From contig CAVPOM010000007.1 in NCBI GenBank assembly GCA_963707025.1, positions 32,001 through 96,000 of the forward strand: DNA of 64,000 nt. Reading direction: 5' to 3'. Source of the stretch: an uncultured Verrucomicrobiae bacterium. GTDB taxonomy: Bacteria; Verrucomicrobiota; Verrucomicrobiia; Limisphaerales; Palsa-1400. The notes beneath the pieces are model-generated. The model made no database searches, was not told the origin of the DNA, and saw nothing but the letters and a program-made list of their open reading frames with translations. Of this stretch, positions 18,961-29,817 are shown in pieces (the stretch's first letter is position 1; each line of letters begins with the position of its first letter). Position numbers and translations under genes: made by a program.

Positions 18961-19578
18961 TCAACACCCCTCGTACTTCCAGTTCCTGGATTTCCCTTGC
19001 GCCAGCCAGGCCACCGTCTTTTCCAGCCGTCGCTGCCGCGTTTCCTCGCGCTTGGCCTCCGCCACCCAGTCCACGTACTCCTTCTTGTGGCTGTAACTGT
19101 AAGCCTCGAATGTGGCCAGCGCCTTTTTATTTTTCCGCAACGCCGCCATAAAAAAGTCCGGCGCCACCAGCACCCTGTCCCCGGCGGACTTTCCCCGGGG
19201 CGGCAACTTTATCCCCGCCTCGTTCAGCGCCGCCGCCTTCTTCACATAACCGGCCAGCACCTTGTCCGCCGGCAAATCCGCCAAACAGGTGATTTTCCCG
19301 AACGCTCCCATCCCTTTTTCCTCCGTCTTCGCCGGATTTTTTCCCGCGCTAAAAATCAGCGCCCGCTTCCAAAATCCAAAGGAGCAATGCGCCTTGAATC
19401 CCGCCATGTAACACATCGGTCCCTTGTGCGTGAAATGGGGAAACCCCCATTTCAAAGTCTCTTCCGCCTGCGGGCAAGCCTGGTGGACCAGGGCGCGCAG
19501 GTGCTGCAGAATCGGTTTGGCAAAATCGGCGGACTTGGCGATATAATCGTCCACCCGCTGGTCTTTCGTCGGCATCAT
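18961..19578 (-). CDS. DUF1801 + YdeI/OmpD-associated family protein
   Basis: VDDYIAK..FAKPIL..EETLKWGFP..AGFKAHC; C-terminal SHKKEYVDWVAEAKREETRQRR. Confidence 0.9.
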   Translation of the reverse strand: MMPTKDQRVDDYIAKSADFAKPILQHLRALVHQACPQAEETLKWGFPHFTHKGPMCYMAGFKAHCSFGFWKRALIFSAGKNPAKTEEKGMGAFGKITCLADLPADKVLAGYVKKAAALNEAGIKLPPRGKSAGDRVLVAPDFFMAALRKNKKALATFEAYSYSHKKEYVDWVAEAKREETRQRRLEKTVAWLAQGKSRNWKYEGC

Positions 19579-19692
19579 GGGAACCGATGTTATGGATTCC
19601 TTCATTCCCATCAAGCAAAAGCGCCTCTTCCGCCGGGCCCCCTTTGGAGTGCGGCATAGACCGCCGCTACAGTCGCTTTGCAGAGGTCTCAG

Positions 19693-19790
19693 AATGGTTG
19701 TCCGCTCTCTGCCGCCGGGGTCCAGTGGCCCGGCGGGAGGGGTCCCGACTGCATCGGGATTCCACCCATGCGGCAGGAGATATCCGGGTT
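19693..19790 (+). repeat. ~100 bp dispersed repeat, copy 1 (copy 2 at 45759-45853)
   Basis: AATGGTTGTCCGCT...CCAGTGGCCCGGCGGGA.GGGTCCCGA.TGCATCGGGATTCCACCCATGCGG is present in both copies. Confidence 0.85.
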
Positions 19791-19848
19791 TAACAGGAAA
19801 CACCAGGAAACGGAGACTGAACTTGCGCCACGAACAGGATGAGTCCCA

Positions 19849-20598
19849 TCACTGCCAACTTGTCAGAAGGTGTTTATTGATGGGACTGTTGTAATTTGTT
19901 GACAGATCAACCTGTTTTAACGAGCCGAAGGACCAAATCATGGACGAGCCGGGCACGGAAAAACTGTTGGTGTTCATGAGCACCGACCATGTCCGGGTGT
20001 CGGTGCATTTCCCGTCACCATTTAAATCCAGCGTCATGATGTAAGGCATTCCCCACGGGTCGCGCAAGATGTTGTTCGCGTCAATGCCGGGCGAATTTGT
20101 GTCCCTGGCGGGCCTTCCTTCGAACTCGGTGATCTTGCGCGAATTATAGAGATGCTGACTCGCGGCGTTGGTTTCAGGATAATAGGCGGCGTCCGTCAGA
20201 ATCGCGATCACTTCGGAATTGACGTTTTGATATTGGCTCCCAGGCGTCAGAGGATTCTGGCTGATGGCGGTTGGACTCACAATTTGCATGCCCTCCAAAG
20301 GCGAGTTGGTGGGGGGTGAACCCGTGTTCTTGACAACCGTGCCGAACGTAAAATCACTGCCCAGGCCGGCGGCCGCATTCGCAGCGGACAGGGATGCCGG
20401 CAGGACGCCATACTCAGACTGGAACGCGCTGATCGAGGCCTTCAAATGGGACATTTCAGCTCTCGCGGTTGCTTCCTTGGCCTTGGTTTTGGCAACGGCC
20501 AAAGCGGGCAGCAAGATCGCCGCCAGAATGCCGATGATGGCGATGACCACCAGCAACTCAATCAGTGTAAACGCATCTTGGTTGCGAGGCTGTTCCAT
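19849..20598 (-). CDS. Prepilin-type N-terminal cleavage/methylation domain protein (T2SS PulG-like)
   Basis: AFTLIELLVVIAIIGILAAILLP; DPWGMPY. Confidence 0.9.
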   Translation of the reverse strand: MEQPRNQDAFTLIELLVVIAIIGILAAILLPALAVAKTKAKEATARAEMSHLKASISAFQSEYGVLPASLSAANAAAGLGSDFTFGTVVKNTGSPPTNSPLEGMQIVSPTAISQNPLTPGSQYQNVNSEVIAILTDAAYYPETNAASQHLYNSRKITEFEGRPARDTNSPGIDANNILRDPWGMPYIMTLDLNGDGKCTDTRTWSVLMNTNSFSVPGSSMIWSFGSLKQVDLSTNYNSPINKHLLTSWQ

Positions 20599-20700
20599 AG
20601 AGTCACCGGGGATTTTCATACCTTAAACCACAAGGCAATGCAGAACCGGCCAGCGGCTCAGGCCCACCCAGGACAGGGCGCAAGCGCCAGGCGCCTCCCA

Positions 20701-21486
20701 TCACTTCCAACTCGTGAGAAGGTGTTTGTTGACGGCATTGGTGTAGAGTCCGGGTTGGCTGACATCAGCGCGTTTCATCGAGCCGAAGGACCAAATCATG
20801 GACGAGCCGGGCACGGAGAAACTGGTCGTGCCCATTAATGTTGCCCAAGTCCCTGCGTCGGTGCATTTCCCGTCATAATTCAAATCCAGCGTAATGATGT
20901 AAGGCAATCCCCACGGGTCGCGCAAGATGGTGGACGCGTCAATGCCCGCCGAATTTGTGTCCGCCGCGGCCCTGGCATTGAAAAGGGGGAGCTGGCGCGA
21001 ATTGTAAGTATGCCGGGTCACGTTGGTTTCAGGATAATAGGCGGCGTCGGTCAAAATCGAGATCACCTCGGAATTGACGTTTTGATATTTGCTGTTCGGA
21101 GTCTGTACGTTCTGACTGATGACGCTCGGGCCCACAATTATCTTGCCCTCCAAAGGCGACTGTGGAGCACTAGTGCCCTTCACATACGTGCCATACGTAA
21201 AATCGGAGCCAAGACCGGTTCCAAGCGGATTCGCCAGATTACCGGCTGCGGCGACGGCGAGCGAGGAAGCCGGCAGGCTGTTGTACTCGTTGTAATACTG
21301 GCTGATGGCGGCGCCCAAATTGGCCATCTCAACTTGCGCCATTTTTTCTTTGGCGGCGACCTTGGCCCTGGCGATCGCGGGCAACAGCATCCCGGCCAGA
21401 ATGCCGATGATGGCGATGACCACCAGCAACTCGATCAGTGTGAACGCAACTGCGTTGCCATGCTGTTCTGGAGATTTGTTTTTCAT
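20701..21486 (-). CDS. Prepilin-type N-terminal cleavage/methylation domain protein, paralog of the neighbour
   Basis: AFTLIELLVVIAIIGILAGMLLP; DPWGLPY; long blocks shared with 19849-20598. Confidence 0.9.
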   Translation of the reverse strand: MKNKSPEQHGNAVAFTLIELLVVIAIIGILAGMLLPAIARAKVAAKEKMAQVEMANLGAAISQYYNEYNSLPASSLAVAAAGNLANPLGTGLGSDFTYGTYVKGTSAPQSPLEGKIIVGPSVISQNVQTPNSKYQNVNSEVISILTDAAYYPETNVTRHTYNSRQLPLFNARAAADTNSAGIDASTILRDPWGLPYIITLDLNYDGKCTDAGTWATLMGTTSFSVPGSSMIWSFGSMKRADVSQPGLYTNAVNKHLLTSWK

Positions 21487-21762
21487 ATTCGTACCTTACC
21501 TTGCATGAGGGTTTTTGGAAAGGGCAAATTGCGGCGCGCCAGCGCATCCCGCCGTCATCGCCAGAACACGGATCCACCCGATCCGGGCCGGCGCCAAACT
21601 GCGGCGGTGCAAACTCAAATCCTTCCTCCTCACATCTGTTCTATACACCACCTCCGGGCAAAAGTGAAGCTTTTATTTGACCGCCCGCGCGTTTTTTTTC
21701 AAAGGCCGTCGCTAACTTCCTCCTTTAAAAACGGCCCGTTTCGGGTATGTTCGTCTGCGTTT

Positions 21763-22143
21763 ATGCCGACTTACGAATATATCTGCTCCAAGTGCGGACA
21801 TACCTTTGAGAAAATTCAGTCCATCAAGGCCAACGCCCTGACCGTCTGCCCGCGCGACGTCTGCACGCAGAAGCCCTGGGGCAAAGGCAAAGTGCTGCGC
21901 CGCATCGGCTTGGGCGGGGGGCTGCTGTTCAAGGGAAGCGGCTTTTACACCACCGATTACCGCAGCGAGAATTACAAGGCCGCCGCCAAAAAGGACACGG
22001 CCGCGCAAACACCCGCCAAAAAAGAAGGCAAACCGGAAACGTCAACCGGCGGCACAGGCGGAAAGCCCGCCGCCTCAGACAGCGCGGCAAAGTCCGGCGC
22101 CCCGCCGCCAGCCGCGCCGGCCGGGGGAAAAGAAAGCAGTTAG
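21763..22143 (+). CDS. FmdB family zinc-ribbon protein
   Basis: MPTYEYICSKCGHTFE..CP...FKGSGFYTTDY, low-complexity tail. Confidence 0.92.
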   Translation: MPTYEYICSKCGHTFEKIQSIKANALTVCPRDVCTQKPWGKGKVLRRIGLGGGLLFKGSGFYTTDYRSENYKAAAKKDTAAQTPAKKEGKPETSTGGTGGKPAASDSAAKSGAPPPAAPAGGKESS

Positions 22144-22583
22144 CGAATTGCCAGCGCGATGTTCAGTTGCTCGCAAGCCAGCTTGATATGCTCCAGGCCG
22201 TGCCCCCGTAATCCACCGCTCGCCTGCCGCAGCAAGGCGGCCGCGCTGCGAAGCTGCGCGTCAGAGGCTCCTTGCGGCTCATGGCGCCTTCCCTCGCCGC
22301 GCGGATTTATCCCCAGATGTTTGGCGGCGGCTTCGATTTGCTTCATCGCCCTGACCCGGTGTCCCTTGTAGTCATGGTCCGCCTCCGCGAGCAATCCGTA
22401 AGCCTCCCGCAGCATGCCCGCCTCGGCGCCGTCATTGGGGATGGTCTCTGCCGGCCATCGGGCGGCCGGCGCCAGAGGGATACCCTTCTGCGCCTTTGCT
22501 TCGCCAGCCAGACTGAGTGAACAGATCGCCGCCAACACCCAGGCCGCCGGGCGCGAGCCCACGATCGAAGAGAGAGTTTTCAT
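22140..22583 (-). CDS. Secreted helical hypothetical protein
   Basis: Signal peptide; ADHDYKGHRVRAM motif. Confidence 0.65.
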   Translation of the reverse strand: MKTLSSIVGSRPAAWVLAAICSLSLAGEAKAQKGIPLAPAARWPAETIPNDGAEAGMLREAYGLLAEADHDYKGHRVRAMKQIEAAAKHLGINPRGEGRRHEPQGASDAQLRSAAALLRQASGGLRGHGLEHIKLACEQLNIALAIR

Positions 22584-22667
22584 GCCCCTAACTTAACTGC
22601 ATCCGCCGCCTTGTCAATTTTTGCTAAACAGGGTCAAGATTCTTTCCCCTCTGACCGATAATGTAGC

Positions 22668-24461
22668 ATGTCATGTACACGCGTTGAAGTACAGCGGCTC
22701 AACCGGCTTTATTATGCTTCCAGCCGGGTCAGCCAGACGATGGTTCAGCCGCCGCCGGAAGAGAGGGTCGCGCCGCAAATCTGCCAGCGCCTGGTCAGCG
22801 ACGGCGGCTTTGTGCTGGCCTGGATTGGGCGGCAGGAGGCGCAGAGCGGCGCCATTGTGCCGATCTGTTGGACTGGGATGACGGCCTATGACCTGGAGCA
22901 AATAAACTTGCTGGCCCAAGCGGGAGCGGACAACCGCGGTCTGGCCCAGGCGGCGCTGGCCGGGGCAAAAACGGTGGTCTGCAACGATTATGCGGCCCAC
23001 AGCCTGACGCTCCCATGCGGCCAGTTGGCCCAAAAGGCCGGCATAGGCGCCGCGGCGGCTTTTCCGATCCAATGCGGTGAGGGGGCGGCGGGCGTTTTGT
23101 GCCTCTATTCTTCGGAGCCGGATTTTTTTAACGGGAAGGAGATTTTCCTGCTGGAGGAACTGGCGGAGAATGTCTCCACGGGCCTGCGGCATTTGGAACA
23201 GGAAGCCAGGCAAAAGGCCGAATTGAGCAGCGAACGAAGCTTCCTCTGCGCCCTGATGGACAATTCCTGGAACCTCATCTACTTCAAGGACCTCAACTCG
23301 CGGTTTATCCGGTGCAGCAGAGGATTGCACGAACGCTTCGGCACCAGCCACGAGGAAATCGTCGGAAAATCAGACTTCGATTTTTTCCGCGAGGAACACG
23401 CCTGGGAAGCCTTTCAAGACGAGCAGAACATCATCCGCACCGGCCAGGCCCTGGTCGGCAAGATCGAAAAGGAAACCTGGAAGCTGGGCCGCGACACCTG
23501 GTGCATCACGGCCAAAATGCCCTTGCGCAACGATCAGGGCGACATCATCGGCACCATGGGCATCTCCAAGGATTTTACGGCCGTCAAGGAGGCGGAGGCC
23601 AAGTTGCAGGAAATGCACGGCCAACTGGTCGAAGCCTCCCGCGTGGCGGGCATGGCCGAAGTCGCCACCAGCATTCTCCACAACGTCGGCAACGTCCTCA
23701 ACAGCGCCAACGTTTCCTGCTCCGTCGTCAGCGATAAAATCCGCAATTCCAGGATTGTCAACGTCACCAAACTGGCCGACCTCCTCAAGGATAACGCCGC
23801 CGATCTCCCCGGCTTCCTCGCCAGCCCCAAAGGCCGCCAGTGGCCGGCTTACTTGGCCGGCCTCGCCACCCACCTGGCGGCCGAACGGGAGGAGATGTTG
23901 GGCGAACTCCAGTCCCTGGCCACCAACATCGAACACATCAAGGAAATCGTCGCCGCCCAGCAAAGCTACGCCCGCACCGCCGGGGTGATCGAATCGGTCC
24001 ATCTTCCCGATTTGGTGGAGGACGCCCTCAACATGCACAAAGGGGCCATGGGCCGCCATTCCGTCAAGATCATCCGCCAATTCAGCGACACCCCGCCCGT
24101 CCTGGTGGACAAACACAAAGTCCTCCAAATCCTCATCAACCTTCTCCACAACTCCAAATACGCCGTGGATGAAGGCTGCCCCCCGGAAAAACAGGTCACC
24201 GTCCGGGTCGAAAAAAATGGCGGCAACACCGTGCGCGTCTCGGTCATTGACAATGGCGTGGGCATTCCCAAGGAGCATTTGTCCCGGATTTTCGAGCACG
24301 GTTTCACCACCCGCAAAGGCGGCCATGGCTTTGGGCTGCACAGCGGCGCCCTCACCGCCAGGGAATTGGGCGGCACCCTGACTGCGCAGAGCGAGGGCTT
24401 GGGCAAGGGGGCCACCTTCGTCCTCGAATTGCCGGTCGAACCAAGGAAAACGACCCTGTGA
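22668..24461 (+). CDS. GAF-PAS sensor histidine kinase
   Basis: GAF, PAS/PAC (IYFKD..GKSDFD..GTMGISKD), H-box LHNVGNVLN, GHGFGLH. Confidence 0.92.
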   Translation: MSCTRVEVQRLNRLYYASSRVSQTMVQPPPEERVAPQICQRLVSDGGFVLAWIGRQEAQSGAIVPICWTGMTAYDLEQINLLAQAGADNRGLAQAALAGAKTVVCNDYAAHSLTLPCGQLAQKAGIGAAAAFPIQCGEGAAGVLCLYSSEPDFFNGKEIFLLEELAENVSTGLRHLEQEARQKAELSSERSFLCALMDNSWNLIYFKDLNSRFIRCSRGLHERFGTSHEEIVGKSDFDFFREEHAWEAFQDEQNIIRTGQALVGKIEKETWKLGRDTWCITAKMPLRNDQGDIIGTMGISKDFTAVKEAEAKLQEMHGQLVEASRVAGMAEVATSILHNVGNVLNSANVSCSVVSDKIRNSRIVNVTKLADLLKDNAADLPGFLASPKGRQWPAYLAGLATHLAAEREEMLGELQSLATNIEHIKEIVAAQQSYARTAGVIESVHLPDLVEDALNMHKGAMGRHSVKIIRQFSDTPPVLVDKHKVLQILINLLHNSKYAVDEGCPPEKQVTVRVEKNGGNTVRVSVIDNGVGIPKEHLSRIFEHGFTTRKGGHGFGLHSGALTARELGGTLTAQSEGLGKGATFVLELPVEPRKTTL

Positions 24462-26623
24462 CCTCGCCCGTGGAAAAGAATCTGCGCATCCTGGTGGTGG
24501 ATGACAACCGGGCCGTGCATGATGATTTTCGCAAAATCCTGTGCAGCGGCAAGGAATCCAGCGCCGGGCTGGCCGCGGCCGAACAAGTGCTTTTCGGCGA
24601 GCCGGCCGCCGACGGGCAGGTGCCCGCCTTCCAACTCGATTCCGCCTATCAAGGCGAAGAGGGCCTGGCCAAGGTCCAGCAAGCCGCCGCCGCCGGCCGC
24701 CCTTACGCCCTGGCCTTCGTGGACGTGCGCATGCCGCCGGGATGGGATGGGGTGGAAACCGCCGTGCGCCTCTGGGAAAATTGCCCGGACTTGCAGATCG
24801 TCATTTGCACCGCTTACTCCGACTATTCCTGGAACGGCATGCTGGCCCGCCTGGGCAACCACGACCAGTTGCTCATCCTCAAAAAACCCTTTGACACCAT
24901 GGAAGTCCTCCAACTGGCCCACGCCCTGACCGAGAAATGGCGCCTCCACCAGGCCGTCGCCCTCAAACTCGAGCAGTTGGAAGAACTGGTGCGGAAAAGC
25001 ACCTCCGACCTCCGCTCCAGCAACGAAAGCCTCCAGAGCGAAATCATCGGCCGCAAGGACGCCGAAGAGCGCATCCGCGAACAGGCCCGCATGCTCGATC
25101 TGGCCCACGACGCCATCCATGTCCGCGATCTGGACGGCTACATCCGCTACTGGAACCAGAGCGCCGAACGCCTCTATGGCTGGGCTGCGGCCGAAGTCCT
25201 CGGCACCCGCATCGCCGACTTATATTGCGCCGACGCCGCCGACCTGGAGCAGGAACGCCAGGCCCGCGCCCAAGCCGGACAGGGCGACTGGAGCGGTGAA
25301 CTCAACCGCCTGGCCAAAAGCGGCCGGCCCATCCTCGTCCACAGCCGCTGGACCCTGGTGCGCGATCCCGGGGGCCAGCCCAAATCCATCCTCGTCATTG
25401 ACACCGACATCACCGCGAAGAAGAAACTCGAAGCCCAATTCCTCCACGCCCACCGCATGGACAGCATCGGCACCCTGGCCGCCGGCATCGCCCACGATCT
25501 CAACAACATCCTGGCCCCGGTCCTCATGATCGGCCCCTTGCTCCGCGCCGAAATCAAGGACCCCGGCACCCTCGGTCTGCTCGACTCCATGGAAGCCGGC
25601 GCCCAGCGCGGAGCCAACATTGTCAAACAAATCCTCACCTTTGCCCGCGGCGCCAAAAACGCCAAAGCCCCCCTCCAAACCTTCCGCCTCCTCAAGGAGT
25701 TCTCCGGCTTCATCCGCGAGACCTTTCCCAAGAACATCGCCTTGCATTGCGATGTCCCCAAGGACCTTTGGCTGATCGAGGGCAACAGCACCGAATTGCA
25801 CCAAGTGCTCGTCAACCTCTGCCTCAACGCCCGCGAAGCCATGCCCCAGGGCGGCACCCTCTCTCTCTCCGCCATGAACCTGGCTCTGGATGAAACCACC
25901 GCCGCCTCCATCCCCAACGCCAAAGCCGGACGTTACGTGGTCTGGGCGGTCGCCGACACCGGCGCCGGCATCGCCCCCAGGAACTTGGACCGCGTCTTCG
26001 ATCCATTCTTCACCACCAAGGAAGTCGGCAAAGGCCCGGGCCTGGGCTTGTCCACCGTCCTGGGCATTGTCCACGGCGGCGGCGGCTGCCTTCAATTGAA
26101 AAGCCAATTGGGCCGCGGCACCGAAGTCAAAGTCTATCTCCCCGCCCTTCCCGCCGGCACGCCCCAGCCCGGCAAACTCCTCCCCGAACCGCCCCGCGGC
26201 GCGGGCGAGCTGATCCTTGTTATTGACGGTGACGATGCCCTCGCCGCCGTCCTGCAAAAAGTCCTCACCGCCTCCGGCTACCGCGTCCTGGTCAGTTCCG
26301 AGGAAACGGAGGCCGTGGAACTCTACCGCCGCAACTGGCGGCAAATCGGCGCCGTGCTGGCGGACCCGATGATGCCCGACATGGAGAAAGTCTTCAGCAC
26401 CCTGCGGCAGATCAATCCCGCCATCATCCTGGTGGCCAGCAGCACCATGTCCCCCGGCCAAATCCCTGCCGCCTGGCGCGTCCCGGACGAACTTTTCCTG
26501 CGCAAACCCTATCAAACCAGCGCGCTCCTGGACACCTTGCGCCACGTCCTCCGCCTCGGGGACCGCTCTGCCTCCGCCCCGCCGCAACAGCCCGATCCCC
26601 GTTACGAGCTTATTCTGCGTTAG
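24458..26623 (+). CDS. Hybrid REC-PAS-histidine kinase-REC
   Basis: VVDDN..DVRMPPGWDG; PAS; AHDLNN; GKGPGLGL; degenerate C-terminal receiver. Confidence 0.92.
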   Translation: MTSPVEKNLRILVVDDNRAVHDDFRKILCSGKESSAGLAAAEQVLFGEPAADGQVPAFQLDSAYQGEEGLAKVQQAAAAGRPYALAFVDVRMPPGWDGVETAVRLWENCPDLQIVICTAYSDYSWNGMLARLGNHDQLLILKKPFDTMEVLQLAHALTEKWRLHQAVALKLEQLEELVRKSTSDLRSSNESLQSEIIGRKDAEERIREQARMLDLAHDAIHVRDLDGYIRYWNQSAERLYGWAAAEVLGTRIADLYCADAADLEQERQARAQAGQGDWSGELNRLAKSGRPILVHSRWTLVRDPGGQPKSILVIDTDITAKKKLEAQFLHAHRMDSIGTLAAGIAHDLNNILAPVLMIGPLLRAEIKDPGTLGLLDSMEAGAQRGANIVKQILTFARGAKNAKAPLQTFRLLKEFSGFIRETFPKNIALHCDVPKDLWLIEGNSTELHQVLVNLCLNAREAMPQGGTLSLSAMNLALDETTAASIPNAKAGRYVVWAVADTGAGIAPRNLDRVFDPFFTTKEVGKGPGLGLSTVLGIVHGGGGCLQLKSQLGRGTEVKVYLPALPAGTPQPGKLLPEPPRGAGELILVIDGDDALAAVLQKVLTASGYRVLVSSEETEAVELYRRNWRQIGAVLADPMMPDMEKVFSTLRQINPAIILVASSTMSPGQIPAAWRVPDELFLRKPYQTSALLDTLRHVLRLGDRSASAPPQQPDPRYELILR

Positions 26624-26656
26624 CGCGGATTAAAAAATGATGTGGCCAAAATGAAG

Positions 26657-26700
26657 CTTCTCCCTCTCCTCCTCAGGAGGAGAGGGCACGGGTGAGGAGG
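26657..26700. repeat. REP-like hairpin between convergent genes
   Basis: CCCTCTCCTCC-TCA-GGAGGAGAGGG followed by CACGGGTGAGG. Confidence 0.65.
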
Positions 26701-26871
26701 CCGTTTGGTCAGCTTCGGTGCGGCTACAGTTTTCATGAAATTGCTCTAGCGTGAGGCGTTTCATCCAGCCAAGGGTGGTCGTGGCAGGATTCGCCCGGAT
26801 GGCGCAGTGGATTGCGCCGCCACAAAATTGCCGGGCGTTTTTTTTGATCCGGGCATAAAAAGATGCCTGGA

Positions 26872-28486
26872 TTAACTGAGCCAGGCATACACCGCCACAA
26901 TCAGACCAACCGCGGCCGCCAAGATCACGCTGTGCTTCAGGGTAAAGCGAAAGAGCCTGGCCTCGTCGGAGGTGGGCAGGCCGGTCGCCGCCGCCGCCAC
27001 GGCGATGCTCGACAAGCTGATCATTTTTCCCATCACGCCACCACTGGCATTTGCCGCCGCCATCAGAATCGGATCCAATCCCAACCGTGCGGCGGTCACT
27101 GCCTGCAGGTTGCCAAACAGAGCATTCGACGACGTGTCGCTGCCCACCAGGAAGACCCCCAACCAGCCGAGCAGAGCGCTGAAGAATGGAAACGCGCGGC
27201 CAGTCGAGGCAAACGCCAGCCCCAGCGTCACCGTGGCCCCGCTATAGTTCATCAGGAACGCGAACGAAAGCACGGCGGCAATGGTCAGGAGTGGAAAAGC
27301 CAGTTGCCGCATCGAAATTGCCATGACTTTGCCAAACTGCCTTGGCGTCACACGGAGGAACAAGCTTGCCAACAGCACGGCCAACAGGCAGGCGGTTCCA
27401 GAACGCCGTCATAAAATTCAGCTTGTACACCGCCGGGGAGGCCGAAGCCGCGGGTGCCGCCGCCGGGATGCTTTGTCCGGCGCTCGGCAGCCCCGGCCAT
27501 TGAAATGTGATGGTCAACCGGTCCAACGGCTGCTTTACCGCGTCCAGTCCCCACAGAAACACCAGCAGAACCAGCAGGAGGTAAGGAAGCCAAGCCATGA
27601 GTACTTGCCTTGCGCCATGCCTGGCCGGCCGGTCAGAGTCCGGTTCATCCGCGAGCGTGAACTTATCCTTCGGCTTCCAGAGCTTGAGGAGAACGACCAG
27701 TGATCCCATCGCCGCGAGCGAACTGAGGATGGCGGTGAGTTGCGGGCCGAGAAGACTCGAAACCAGGAATTGCACGCCGGCGTAGGCGGCTCCGCACAGC
27801 AGCGCCGCCGGCAGAACACCCTTCAAGGCCGGCCGGCCGCCCATGAGCAGGATTAAATAGGCGGGGATGATCAGCGACACCGGCGCGCAGATGCGGCCCA
27901 CCCACCTGCTCAGATCCGGCACGGGCAACCCGGTGACACCCGCCAAAGTAATGATCGGTATGCCAATGGAGCCGAAAGCCACGGGAGCCGTATTGGCCAG
28001 CAGGCAAATGCCAGCGGCATGAAAGCGCGAGAAGCCAAGGCCCGTCAGCATCGCGGCGGCAATTGCGACCGGCGCTCCAAACCCGGCCGCGCCTTCGAGA
28101 AACGCTCCGAAGGAGAAGGCGATCAGCAGCGCTTGCAGACGCCGGTCCCGCGTCAAGCCTCCGATCGAGTCCTTCAGGATTTCAAAGTTGCCTGTTTCCA
28201 GCGTAAGCCGGTAAAGAATGATCGCCCAGACCAGGATCCACCCAATGGGAAAAAGGCCAAAGGCCGCGCCATAGCTCATCGCCGCCAGCATGGTTCCGAC
28301 CGGCATGCCATAGGCGCAACGGGCGACCACCAAGGCCGCTCCCAGTCCGAAAAGAGCCGCCACCCACGCCGGCGTTCGTTTCACACCCAGCAGATACAGC
28401 ACGACAAATATCGGCAGCGCCGCGACCAACGCGGAAAAACCGGGGGAACCTGGGAACGGCATGCTGTTTTGTTGCCACATAAGCAA
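26872..28486 (-). pseudogene. lctP: L-lactate permease split by a +1 frameshift near 27402 (possible assembly error)
   Basis: FLEGAAGFGAP, ANTAPVAFGSIG; C-terminal part GSDTSSNALFG, GGVMGKMIS; removing one T restores NFMTASGTACLLAV. Confidence 0.85.
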
Positions 28487-28495
28487 TTGTTCCCG

Positions 28496-29812
28496 TCATT
28501 GCAACAATAGCGCCAGGTCGGACACATTGGCGCCGGTGGGACCGGTGATGAGCTGGGCGCCGGTTTTCTCAAAAAAGGTTTGTGAGTCAAAACGATTTAA
28601 ATAATCCGCGATGTCCAGGCCAAGGCGCCGGGCCTTTTCCGCCGTGGCACGGTCAGCGACGGCTCCGGCGCCGGCGCCGTTGTCCTGGCCGTCGGAAGCG
28701 AAGGAGATGAAAACTTGACCGCCCTTGATGTGCGACAGCGCGTGCAGGGCGAGATGGTGGTTTCGCCCGCCCCGGCCAGGAACGGCGGGGACTTTCACCT
28801 GCGGTTCCCCTCCGGCCAGAACAAGGTCCGGGCGGCCAGGGCCTTGCGCGGCGTCGAACATTTTCCGCGCGACGGCGGCGGCGGGATAATAAAGGCGGTC
28901 GGAGAGAATGGTTGTTTTCAAATGCAGGGCCTGCGCCCGCTCCTGCATCGCTTGCAGCGCCGTCTGGTTGGAAACCAGGGGGAGGTTGGTCACAGCGGCA
29001 AAGTATTTCCGGTCTTTGGGCGTTTCCATCAACCGATAGCCGGCGAGATGATATTTTCCCAGAATCCGCCTGGCATTCCGCATCGTCGTTTCATCCCGAT
29101 AGGTTGGGCCCGAGGCCACCGCATCATACCTGTCTCCCGGCACGTCGGAGAATATCAGCCCGATGACGGTGGCGGGATAAAGCATTTTGGCCAGGCCGCC
29201 ACCTTTCAGGCCAGAGAGATGCTTGCGCACGGTGTTCAGTTCCACAATCGTCCCTCCCGTCCGCAAGAAATCCTGATAAAGCCGCCGGCCCTGGGCGCAT
29301 TCCGATTCCGGCCAGCACAGCAGAGACGAGCCGCCGCCTGAAACGATGACCAGCGCCAGGTCCTCTTCCTGCAGTTGTTCGGACAGCTCGACAATCTGCC
29401 GCGAGGCCCGGACATTAGCCGCCGACGGCATGGGGTGGGTGCCTTGGTGAAAAGTGAATCGTGAACCATGAGGCTTGGCGCCCGTGCCGATGATGATGCC
29501 GCCAGAAAGGCGCGACCCCAATATCCGTTCCAACGCCGCCGCCGCTGGATGGGCCGCCTTGCCGATTCCGAGGACCCGGATTCTTTGGAATCGAGCGAGG
29601 TTAATTCTCTGATCTTTGATGCGCAAAGTATCTCCTTGGAGCGACACCGATGCAGCAAAGACTTGGTCGGTATCAATGGCATTGAACGCGGCATTGACCA
29701 GGGAAAGGGCGGTTTTTCTTGGGGCGCCGGCCTCAATTTGGCCCAGGTTCTTGATCCATTGCTTCTCCAGGCCGGCGACGGCGGCCATCACGGTTGCGCG
29801 GGTTCCGGTCAT
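28496..29812 (-). CDS. Glycerate kinase type 2 (DUF4147/MOFRL)
   Basis: GIGKAA, SGGGSSL, RKHLSGLKGG, SDVPGD, GGRN, TGPTGANVSDL; start uncertain. Confidence 0.9.
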   Translation of the reverse strand: MTGTRATVMAAVAGLEKQWIKNLGQIEAGAPRKTALSLVNAAFNAIDTDQVFAASVSLQGDTLRIKDQRINLARFQRIRVLGIGKAAHPAAAALERILGSRLSGGIIIGTGAKPHGSRFTFHQGTHPMPSAANVRASRQIVELSEQLQEEDLALVIVSGGGSSLLCWPESECAQGRRLYQDFLRTGGTIVELNTVRKHLSGLKGGGLAKMLYPATVIGLIFSDVPGDRYDAVASGPTYRDETTMRNARRILGKYHLAGYRLMETPKDRKYFAAVTNLPLVSNQTALQAMQERAQALHLKTTILSDRLYYPAAAVARKMFDAAQGPGRPDLVLAGGEPQVKVPAVPGRGGRNHHLALHALSHIKGGQVFISFASDGQDNGAGAGAVADRATAEKARRLGLDIADYLNRFDSQTFFEKTGAQLITGPTGANVSDLALLLQ

Positions 29813-29817
29813 GGCGG

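Noticed and set aside
19849..21486. Diversity-generating retroelement template/variable pair
   Set aside because: Both copies are full genes, differences are not adenine-specific and no reverse transcriptase is present
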